Positions 41,224-53,800 of a DNA stretch of 64,000 nucleotides are shown one piece after another. The DNA is taken from NCBI RefSeq assembly GCF_006345805.1, contig NC_042999.1, positions 152,148,001 through 152,212,000 of the forward strand. The letters are read 5' to 3'. A program made the translations under genes and the position numbers. Source of the stretch: Octopus sinensis. Taxonomy: Eukaryota. Each line of letters begins with the position of its first letter. The first letter of the stretch is position 1. The notes beneath the pieces were generated by a model. That model saw nothing but the letters and a program-made list of their open reading frames with translations, had not been told where the DNA came from and searched no databases.

Positions 41224-43568
41224 GCACACTCACATACATATATTTAAATACATATATACATACACACAACATACATCCAATACATGTACATACACATATA
41301 CATGTCTACACCTACATACACTTATATATGTACATTCATGCGTACATGCCTCCGCATACATGCACACACATACACACACACCCAGAGGCACTCACACTCA
41401 GGCAAGATAGTCTCCGTTCTAATGACACTGATAGTCTCCGCATACACAAATTGTTTTTTCTGACTTCCTTTCAACATATGAAAATCTACCAGTTATATAC
41501 AAACAACAATAAACATGTTGCTTTTTTTCATGTTTTTTTTTTGAAAATTCACATTTGCACATCACAAATGCACACATACACACACACACACACCATGGAT
41601 TTCCTTTGTTTCACCCTTTAGCTTTTTAGACTGAGCCATATCCAGCCTCTCATATCTACCCTGCAATATTCTTTTCTACTTTAGGCACAAGCTCCAAAAT
41701 TTTGCGAGAGGGGGCCCAGTCGATTAGACTAATCCCCAGTATGCAACTCGTTACTTAAATTATCAACCCCAAAAGGATGAAAGACAAAGTTGACCTCGGC
41801 GGAATTTGAACTCAGAACATACAGACAGACAAAATGCCGCTAAGCATTTCACCTTGTGTGCTAATGCTTCTGCCAGCTTGCCGCCTTTAATATTCTTTTC
41901 TTCTCTTGGCACAAGGCCCAAAATTTTTGGTGAGGGGCCAGTCAATTAGATGAACCCCAGTGTGCAACTGGTACTTAATTTATCGAACCCAAAAAGGATG
42001 AAAGGCAAAGTAGACTTCGGTGGAATTTGAACTCAGAATGTAAAGATGGACGAACCTACCCTGCAATATTATTCTAAAAATAAAATAAACAATCTCATCA
42101 TTGACATCAAAACTCTACCAGATAATGCTCCCATACCAGTGGCACTTAGAAAGCACCATTCAAGCATTGTCAATGCCAGTAATGCCTGAGTGGCCCTCTT
42201 GCCAGTGGCACATAAAAAGCACACACTACACTCTCGGAGTGGTTAGCGTTAGGAAGGGCATCCAGCTGTAGAAACTTTGCCACATTGGATTCGTGCCTGG
42301 TGTAGGCTTCTGGCTTGCCAGCCCTCAGTCAAACCGTCCAACCCATGTCAGCATGGAAAGTGGACTTTAAACAATAATGATGATATATATATATATATCT
42401 TCGGTCTGACATTAACAATGCTGGCCTTTCTATGACACCCTCTTCTCCTGCTCGACAATGTCACATCAGATTCCAGTAACCTTTTCCTTCAGTAATAGAT
42501 TAGTTATTCATTTTCTTATTAAAGGTATCTTCCATCCTCGTTACTGCCACCACTACAAACACCATCAACAACACCACCACCACCAACACCAACAATAACA
42601 ACAACACCATCATCATCATCATTGTCGTTAGCAACACCACTACTATGACCATCACCAACACCACCAACATCATCATCACCTCCATCATCGTTGTCATCTA
42701 GTCTTTAATGATGAAGTCTTACTCATCCATTTTATGCGTAAGATTCATTGGATGATATAACTTTGATGTAATCCACCCCAGCTGCTGTTTGTGTGTGTGT
42801 ATGTGTGTATCTATATATATCTATGTGTATATATATGTGTGTGTGTGTGTGTATGTGTGTATCTATATATATCTATGTGTATATATATATATATGTGTGT
42901 GTGTATATATATGTGTGTGTATATATCCAACCCATGCTAGCATGGAAAACGGACGCTAAACGATGATGATGTATGTGTATATGTATGTATATGTATATAT
43001 ATATATATATAGAGTTGAAGAAAGATTAGAGATCTATGTATGTGTATGTGCGTGTGTGTGTGTGTAGTAGGAGGCCAGAACCAAAGAAGAGAGAGAGGGA
43101 GAGCATCTGTCTTATTTCGAAAGCTCAATATCAATTTGCAGCTGTGTTCCATTCATTTTTGATGTGGAAGGAGATGGTACTGAGACATTAGCTCTCAGAC
43201 CTAATTTAAAGTTGGTAACCACCTATAATGGTTTGCTATAAAGTCCATTCCATTAATGAGAGAAGGTCATCGGTAGAGGGCAATGACCTAAAAGTGGTGC
43301 AATGCCCTCACCAAACATCTTCATCAAGAGATTTATAAAAAAGAAAGAAAAAATGAAATAAATAAAATTCTAATAATAATGTTGAAATTGAATTAAATGC
43401 TCTGATAGAGAGGTTTATTAAGGAATTTTAATTTTTTTTTTTTCCTAAGCTTTGCAAAATCTGAGAAAGTATAAAAAAAAATTTCAGAAGACGGAGAGAA
43501 GGAGAAATGGAGAAAGAAAAAAAAAGAGCCAAAGAGAGCAGGTGGGAGAGAAAGAGAGAGTAGTAAGG

Positions 43569-43607
<39 letters not shown>

Positions 43608-45403
43608 AAGAATTCACTTGTATTGAAAATTTTTCTGCTTTAGACATTGCTAAGAAAAAGGATTCAGTATGGAGGAGGTGGCGGAGGTGTGCATGTAAAT
43701 AAAGCCAAGAAAAAAACAAAAAATTGGTTAGCTGTTGAGTCTAATCTCTTATCTTTTACTTATTTTTTTCATTCTTTTACATGTTTCAGTCACTTGACTG
43801 TGGCCATGCTGGAGCACCGCCTTTTGTCAAACAAACCGGCCCCAGGACTTATTCTTTGTAATGCTAGTACTTATTCTATCGCTGTCTTTCTGCCAAACTG
43901 CTTGGTGACAGGGACGTAAACACACCAACATCGGTTGTCAAGTGATGGTGGCAGGGACAAACACAGACACAAGAAAACAAATACATACGTATTTATACAA
44001 TGGGCTTCTTTCAGTTTCCCTTTACCAAATCCACTCTCAAGGCTTTGGTCAGCCCGAGGCTATAGAAGACATTGCCTAAGGTACCATGCAATGGGACTGA
44101 ACCCGGAACCATGTTGTTGGGAAGCAAGCTTCTTACCACACAGCCTCTCCAGCACATATTGTTTCAGTTATTAGACTGTGGCCATGCTGGAGCACTGCCT
44201 TGAAGAATTTTTGTTTGAATCAATTGGCTTATTTTTATTTTGTTAAAGCCTGGTTCTTCTTCTATCGATTGCTTTTGCTAAATTATGGGGATGTAAACAT
44301 GCCAGCATCAGTTATTAAGCAGTAGTGTGTATGGGGGAGGGGAGACACATGCACACATTGGGCTTCTCTCAGTTTCCATCTACCAAATCCACCCACAAGG
44401 CTTTGATTAACCTGAAGCTATAGCAGAAAACACTTGCCCGAGGTGCCATGCAGTGGGACTGAACCTGGAACCACATGACTAGGAAGCAAGCTTCTTACAC
44501 TCAGCCATATATTTATTCATTTATTTTATCACACTGTTATTAGTTTCAAAGACCACTAGTTGTTAGTGAGATTGCATTTAATAACAAACATAGAATTATA
44601 GGTACCAACATGATTTAAAAAAATAAAAAAAAGAAAATTTTAATTTGCAGAGAAGTGAGGAAAATTTAGAATGTTTTTGACAACGAATGGGAGGGTGGGG
44701 AAAAGGGGTGAGAAGAAGGGAAAAATCGAAATTTCAATTTTTTTTTTATTGGAATAAATTACAGGAACTAGAGCTCTGTAAAGTTAAAGATCAAGATTGT
44801 CACTGTGTCATTCATTGATGCTTGGGTATTAGATGCATCAGGTATTGTTTACTGAGGAAAGAGAGAATGATAGATAGACAGATAGAGATAGAGAGAGAGA
44901 AAGAGAGAGTGAGAGAGAGGTGTAGAATAGCATATGAAGAGTAGTTGTTGTAATTGTAGCGGTAGCAGTAACAGAGATGATTAAGACGGCTTGTTAGTCA
45001 TTAGTAAGAGCTGGATGATGGATGAACACATAACCTCTCCAAGTAATAATTAGTGACAAGTTGAGCCTAGGAAACTACACACAGCAAAGTAGAGGTTAAA
45101 TTTAGATCGACATTTAAGGGGTAAGACAAAGTAGAGCGAAGCTATTATTGCTGATATAGCACAATAATTGAATCATGCTGCACATTATCTTACATTTACA
45201 CAGCAATTTTTGTTCGCTTTCGTTAATAATATGGTGGTACAATGGACGTTTCAAACTCAAAAGTTTGTGATCAAGTCTTGAGTGGATGATATTATAAAGA
45301 TGCATTAGGTTTCTGGTGAGCTATGTCTGAAAAGCAGTTGAATATTTCCAGTTGCGGTGATTTCACTTCAATTAAATCTCTTGTCTCTGTCTGTCTGTCT
45401 CTC

Positions 45404-45458
<55 letters not shown>

Positions 45459-48400
45459 TCACCTCTCAGTGTATGTAAGAATCAGTGGTGTTTTCTTCTT
45501 GAATGCATGCTTGTATGTGTGTATACACACACACACCACCCCAGCTTACCAGTTTTCAGTCAAATTGTCCAACCCATGCCAGCATGGAAAAACGGATGTT
45601 TTATCATGACGATGATACTAGTAATTGTTTCTTGCCATTGAGACACATGATGGTAAGGCAGATTTTTATAACGTATCTCGTGTCTCCGTGCACATTGTAG
45701 AAATCTGCCTCGCAACATATCTCAATGGCAAGAAGCTATTAGCCGCTCATATATCTTTATACTGTGTACATTAAATGATATTCATCTCTCACTGGACGGA
45801 GCAGGTCTTTTGTTGATCCTGCCTAAAATGGAACAGTAAATTACATATATTTTTCATCATCTTCATTATTGTCGTCATCATCATCATACTAGTCTTCCGT
45901 GTGTATGTATGTATGTTTGTGTGTGTGTGTGTGTGTGTATGTGTGTATACTGGTTTTGAGAACAAGGTTTTGGGCTATTTTGGGTTGTTTCCACGACTAA
46001 CAAAAATTTACATTCTTCATAGTTGGGTGCTCATTAGTAGCAGGGAAAACACCCAGTTTTAAAAACAATTGCCTTGATAGAAGGGAAAAAATAAACCAAA
46101 ATTCCACAGAAATGGATGTTAATCATCAAGGAAAAAAGGGGCTTAGGCCGTATTAGGGTTAGGAAGCATAGGACTCATTTCTCAGTTTCTCTGGTGCATG
46201 TACTCTCCACTGAACAGGATGCTGGTCTTGTTGCAAGATGTTTGCCAGTTGAGTGAACTGAAGTAAGGTGAAATGAAGTGTTTTGCTTAAGAACACAATG
46301 CGTCGCCCAATCCAGGAATTGAAACCACATCCTTATGATCATGAGTCCAAAACCCCTAATCATTAACTCACATGCTTTGTTTCCATACAATCAAGAAAAA
46401 AATGTGATTGTAATTTATCATCATCGTTGTTTACTATCTGTCTTCTATGCTGGCATGGGTTGGACAGACAGCCCAACAAGAACCCAACTGGCTGGAGGAC
46501 TGCACCATGTTCCAATGTCTACTTTGGCAGGGTTTCTATGGTTGGATGCCCTTCCTGATCCTAATGTCATCTACTTTACAAAGTGTACTGCGGGAATTAT
46601 TTTATGATTTATGTTTCTTATATGTGTTTTTTTTTCTTTTTGTCTTTTTTTAGACACATACACATTATCAGTACGAGACTGTGATGAACTTCGAGGATAT
46701 TTGGTGAAGCATTACAAGATCCTCTCCAAGAAAAATGGAGACAATGAAAAAGATCATTACTACATAACTGCAAAGAGAACATTCAGCACACTTGAAGAAC
46801 TTGTTAGTCATTACTCAGGTAAACCATAATTCTTACTACACTTCAACTGTTCCTCTATGTATTTCTGTTACTGATTTACACTCATTTTCTTAACAATTGC
46901 AGCATGGAAGGTGTTTATAAACCATTTAAGAAACACCTTCCACGTTGCAATTATTTTCGTTCCAGCACACGATCTCAGATCAGGTCACTTGCTATGCAAG
47001 TACATCTCTGTAACTCATTTTCTTACTTTTATGTAATTTCTACCCTTCCCACTTATATCTTTTTATCTTTTATCTTTTACATGTTTTAGTCATTGGATTG
47101 TGGCCATAATTGGGCACTGCCTTGAAGAATTTCTTCCTTAAGTGAATCAACCCCCATACTTATCATTTTAAGCCTGATACTTATTCTGCTGGTCTCATTT
47201 TGCTGAACTGCTAAGTTATGGGGATGTAAACACACCAACATCGGTTGCCAAGTGATAGTGGAGGACAAAGACAGACAGACACATACACACACTTACACAC
47301 ACATATGACAGACCTCTTTCAGTTTTCATTAGACAGAATCCATTCCCAAGGATTTGGTTGACCCAAGGCTATAGTAGAAGATACCTGCTCAAGGTGCCAC
47401 ACTGGGGGACTGAACTCGGAGCCATGTGATTGGGTAGCAAGCTTTTTACCACACAGCCATGCCTACATAGAAAGTAACAAACAGAATTTAGAAAAGAAAA
47501 TTTCTTTTAAATTAATAATATGCTAAAAATAATATGCTCCCTTTAATGTTTTATAGCTGCTCCATGATTTTATAAAGAGTGGATAATACTGAATAAATGG
47601 CAGACAAAGTTTAAAAATAGAGAACATTTAAAATCTTTTCTACTCTAGGGCATAAGGCCCAAAATTTTTGGGGAGGGGGGCCAGTCGATTAGATCACCCT
47701 CAGTACACAACTGGTACTTAATTTATTGACCCCGAAAGGATGAAAAGTAAAATCAACCTCAGCTGAATTTGAACCTAGAACCGCTAAGCATTTCACCTGG
47801 CATGTTAATGTTTCTGCCAGCTTGCTGCCTTACTAATACCGTATATTCTTTTCTACACTAGGCACAAGGCCTGAAATTTTTTTTTGGTGGAAGCAGTCAA
47901 TTAGATCACTCCCCCAGTAACATTTCTGTCAGTTCGCTGCCTTGATATACAAATTAATATTACACATAAAATAGATCAAATTTGGCATATTTCTCTCCTG
48001 CATTTAATTGCTATGATTCACACTTCTTGCACATGCTTCCTGCAGAAGAGAAATCTTTCTTAAGCTAACTTCCTAGATTTAATTCTTCTCTTCCCTTCTA
48101 GTTACTACACTTTTGCTGCATCCACATCTACATGCCTTAATTAAATTTAAGTCATGGTGCAGTTCACAGACTTTCCTTTATCGGTGCACTTAGTAATGGT
48201 TTCAAATTTTAGCACAAGGCCAGCAATTTCAAAGGAGAGGTAACCCGAATACCTTGACCCCAGTGTTCATCTAGTACTTATTGTCATCATCATTATCATT
48301 TAGCATCCTCTTTCCATGCTGACAGGGAGCTGTCCTTCCTTGATGCCCTTCCTACTGCCTAATTGGCATGGGTGTGTTAATGCGGCACCAGCACGGATGC

Positions 48401-50396
48401 TTTTTAAGTGGCACCAGCACTTGAAGGACAAACATATGTGCGTGGAAGACAGCAATTATTGTATTGACCCCACAAAAACATGAAATGCAAAGTCAACCTC
48501 AACAGCATTTGAACTCAGAACATAAAGTCCCAAGAAATTCCTCAAAGTATTTTTACCCAAGCCATAACGATTCTGCCAACTCACTGCCTTTGGGTGCACC
48601 TAGTAATTCCTTCTAGTATAGTCACAGGGCCTGAAATTTTGGAGGAGGGGCTAACCCCAGTACTTGACTGATACTTAGTTTATTGACCCCAAAATGATGA
48701 AAGGCAAAATTGACCCCTGCAGCATTTGAACTTGGAATCTAAAGACAGAAGAAATGCTGCTAAGCAATTTATTTTTCAGCATGGTTATGATTTTGCCTGC
48801 TTTCCACCTTTGGGTGCACCTGATAATGCTAACCATATTTATGCATTTGTCACGGGCCTCACGGAGGCAATGACCGAGACCTTTGGCATTATGTCGTGCT
48901 TGAGAAGAAGACTCATCAAGCCAAGCACAATTGCAGTCGTGGCAGATACCGGTGTCATGCAAATGGCACCTGTGCCGGTGGCATGTAAAGGCACCCATTA
49001 CACTCTTGGAGTGGTTGGCGTTAGGAAGGGCATCCAGCCATGCCAAATCAGACTGGGGTCTGGTGCAGCCTTCCAGCTTACCAGCCTTGGTCAAACCATC
49101 CAACCCATGCCAGTATGGACAATGGACATTAAATGACGATGGTGGTGGTGGTGGTGGGGGTGGGGGGGGGGGTGGGGATGGCAGCAGCAGTGGTGGTTCC
49201 ACATCGGTGATCAAAAATTTGGTATTTGCCACGAGACTGTCATCTCTTTTATTACAAACAGTGAAATGCTGGAAAGTAATCTTTTAGTTTAAGTTTTAAG
49301 CTAAACATAGAATTAAAAATGATAGTACAAACTTCCAAATATCATGAAATATCTACCCTGGTAGATATTTCATGATATTTGGAAGTTCTATAGAGGAATT
49401 AATAACTAGACATAAGTACACAGTCATGAGTGCCTTGGTAGACGGTTGATGATATTTAAAAGTTCTCTGAAGCTATTAATAAGTAAAAAGAAGTATAAAG
49501 TACTAAGTACCCTGGTAGATATTTCATGATATTTTGAAGTTCTATAAAGACATTAATAACTAGAGAGAAGTAAAAGTTTGTGCGACATCTGTAGATGATT
49601 CTCAGCTGGTGTCTTTTACTCTGACAGCATGCAGGCTATAATTATAATGCTTTAAATGTTGTACTCAAGTGAAATTACTTTTCACCTCCTGTCTGGATCT
49701 ATTCTCTATTTGGCTGTGATATTTAGTTGTGCGTACAAACTAGAAAAGCCGACATCAAAACAATAAACCTTGATTACATAATCGTTAAAAAGCAGCGGAA
49801 TCAGTCTCGGTTTTATCTTTAGAGAAAAACGTAGCCTCAGTTCTAATGATGTCACTGGCATCTCTTAAATAAATAACATTTGTTACTTATAAAAAAAAAA
49901 GAAAAAAAAAAGAAAAGAAAAATGCTGAACGCTGCATAATTTTTTGACCTACTGCATTAGAGTACTGAAATTAATAATATTAGTGTGTAACGGATAAAGT
50001 GAATTACTATCATTATCTTCATCACAACAACCATCACCACCACCACTGCCACTACCATCCCCAAAACCACCATCATCATCATAATCATCATCGTCATCAC
50101 TGTTATTATTATATCATCGTTATCATTACCACCACCAGCACCACCGTCGCCGTCATCATTATCACCGCCGTCACCGTTCCTATGAAAGAATCCCCCCACA
50201 GTTTATGGATGGCATCTTTTAAAACTGAAACACTGTGTGGGTGTGGGTGTGTGTATATTCAAAATATGGGACATGGTTTTACTCACTGTCAACATGTTTG
50301 GAAATAAAATATTCTGCCTCTGTGTGTGTGTGTGTTTAGATACACATTGACACACATGTATAAATTCACACACACATACAAGAAACATATATTTAT

Positions 50397-50442
<46 letters not shown>

Positions 50443-50491
50443 CACATATATATATTATATATATATATATTATACACACATATATATATAT

Positions 50492-50525
<34 letters not shown>

Positions 50526-50639
50526 CATATATATATATACACATATATATATATATATATACACACATATATATACATATATATATATACACATATATAT
50601 ATATATAATACACATATATATATATATATACACACACAC

Positions 50640-50670
<31 letters not shown>

Positions 50671-50778
50671 CAACATATATATATATATACACACATATAT
50701 ATATATATATACACACATATATATATATATACACACACACATATATATATATATACACACACACATAAATATATATAT

Positions 50779-50809
<31 letters not shown>

Positions 50810-53800
50810 AAAACAGGCATGCATACACACACACATGCATGTGATGTCATTATAAGCACTAGCTTGTTTTATATATCATGTATTTTAAAATTCAAATTTA
50901 TAGCTGCACAGAAAGAGCGAGAGAGAGAGATACACAGACTGACAGACAGACAGAACACACAAACATACGCATACCATATAATTATACAGTGCAATTTAAA
51001 TTGTATGACAAATAAACCAGTATTTAGAGTTCTCTGTGCATTGTTATACGAAGGGTGAGCAAAAGTAAGGTATACAATTGCTCAATATGAGTGGAATGTT
51101 CTTTTCATTTCTCTATTTCTTTCTTAGGATAAGAATTCTATGGCTCTGTGTTCTTTTTAACTAATTCTTTCTGTAATAAAATAATTATTCCTAATTTCAG
51201 GTATTTATTATATAAAAAGAAACGTAGAAATGGAAATGAAGGAGAATTTGTAGTATTATAGTTTGAATTTTCTTTGATTGGTCTCCATAGATAAAATCAC
51301 AGAGCACAATAGGAAAAAGAAGTGTGTGTGTATGGGGGTGGAAACCAAGGGAGTTTGTTCATAATTTATTTACCATATTCAATGTCATAAAAGATGCACA
51401 AGTATATTAGACACACCCTGATTTCAGCTGCGCATATTCATCATCATCATCATCATCACCATCACCACCACCACCATCATCAACATCATCATCATCATCA
51501 TCATTTAATGTCCGTTTTCCATGCTGGCATGGGTTGGACAATTTAACAGGAGTTGGCAAGTGAAAGAGCTGCCCCAGGCTCCAGTTGTTTGTTTTGGCAT
51601 GGCTTTTGTTGATTTTTGTTTTCAGTTTATTAAAGCATATAAAATTTAAAGCGACTTCTTATATAAGACCTGTTCTTTTTTTCTTTCTTTTTCTGAGACC
51701 CATTTTTTTGAGTGTGTGGGATAGCGTGTCTTATGTCATTAAACAGGGTAGTCACATCAAAACTAAACAAATTATGGACAAACTCTCTTGTATGATTAAG
51801 AAGTTTGCTTCCCAACAACATTGTTTGGAGTTCAGCCCCATTGTGTGGTACTTCCAGCAAATGTCTTTTACTCTAAGTTGAAAAAAAGCCTGCAGCAGGT
51901 GTTTGTGTGTGTGTGTGTATTTTCTATGTGTAGCCTTGTGTTGACATTGTGATGATTGTAAACATGATACAAGTGACATTGTTTGTTTCCAGTATTCCAT
52001 GGGAAACATGTCTAGCCATAGGGAAACACTATCTTGTTTGGAAACAGATGACGGTTGATAACAGGAAGGACATTCAGCTATAGAAAACTTGGCTCCATGA
52101 ATTCCGTCTGACCCATGCAGACATGGAAAAGTGGATGTTAACCCCTTCATTACTGTTTTTATTTTGAGATGCTCTGTGTTTCTTTCAATTACTTTAAATA
52201 TAAAAAAAAATTAGTAAAATAACTTTGATATCATTCAGCTAGTGTTTGGAACCTAAATTATGACTATGGTTTGGTGGAAGGTTTTATTTCAAAACTTATG
52301 AAAACAAGACATTTGTACTCCGTGATTTCAGCTGGGTTGGTAATAAAAGGGTTATATGATGACAATGATAATGCGACTGCATCCAAAGAAGAAATACTTG
52401 ATTGATTGCATGCAGTAGCTCAGAAGCACACTTTGACCCACAGACTCACTCTCTCCTCTCTATGCCTGGAGTTAGGACAATGACCTTTGTTTGCCAGACT
52501 TGGCTGGCCCCATACAACTTCCACTCAGGCATTCCTGGTTGACCCATTTCTCCTCTTGTTATTTATATTGTGTCCACTCCCTCAACTCTGCTCTCACAAC
52601 TACACCCAATCCATCCTCTCCAAAATATTATCCCTCTGGAATTTACCTTCCTGCACATATTTTTTCAGCCTTTGATTTGCAACATTTCCAACTGAAAGTT
52701 AACAACTTTTACCCTATTGATCCCAAGTGGGTTTGCAAAGGCTGTGTGCACAGCTCCTTTGAACCAAGTCAATAAACCTACCAAAAAAAAGAAGAAAGAA
52801 AATACTAACAAAACCATTGTCATCTCCAGCCGACAGCTGTTGATGGGTGTGTCCTTAATGCAAACTGTATGATAAATACATACACAAGTTCATATAATGC
52901 AAAGTCATTTGAAAAATCTCTGGTAAATAACGAGAACCTAACTATTTCTGTTAAGAAAACATACAACTGTACAGCTGATACCGACACACTTGATTGTGAA
53001 CTTGTCATCTGGTGTATTTTACAATAGTTTATTCAGTTGTTGGTCTGTCTTATTACTTCAGTATGATCAATAACACATGCTTCAAACTATCTTTACATAT
53101 AGAGAAACACGCATACGTGTGTTTGCGCGCGCATGTGTTTGTGTGTATATGTATTTCATTTCTTGGTTCATTTTTCCAAGCTAGATGAGAGTCAGACAAA
53201 TACTTTTATTTAAGTATTGTTTTACAACCGGATGCCCTTCCTGTGGTTAACTCTTACCTGTTTTTCAAGTAAACGATCTCTTATTTCACACATCTTCAGT
53301 GTAAATCTAGTAGATGATGTGTTAGCAGGAGAAATAACAACGTTACTTGTAGCTTACAGTATTTGGATGAGTACAAACAAAAAGAAAGACATGGACACAG
53401 ACACACTTGTATTTATACATATTTATACATATCATGTGTGGGTCGTTGCCAGTGCTGCCTGACTGACTCCCCGTCCTGGTGGCACATAAAAAGTACCATC
53501 TGAATGTGGTCGATGCCAAACACCCCCTGCCCCAACTGGCTCCTGTGCTGGTAGTACGTAAAAAGCACCATCCGAATGTGGCTGTTTTCCATGCTAGCAT
53601 GGGTTGGATGGTTTGACTGAGGACTGGCAAGCCAGGAGGCGGCACCAGGCTCCAATCTGATCTAGCAAGGTTCCTACTGCTGGATGCTCTCCCTAACGCC
53701 AACCACTCCAAGAGTGTAGTGAGTGCTTTTTATGTACTTCCAGCATGGGAGCCAGTCAGAGGTGGCATTGGCACTCACCACATTCGAATGGTGCTTTTTA

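Noticed and set aside
49141-49180. G-rich run with G-quadruplex potential
   Set aside because: A simple-repeat expansion of an RTE tail with no functional context.
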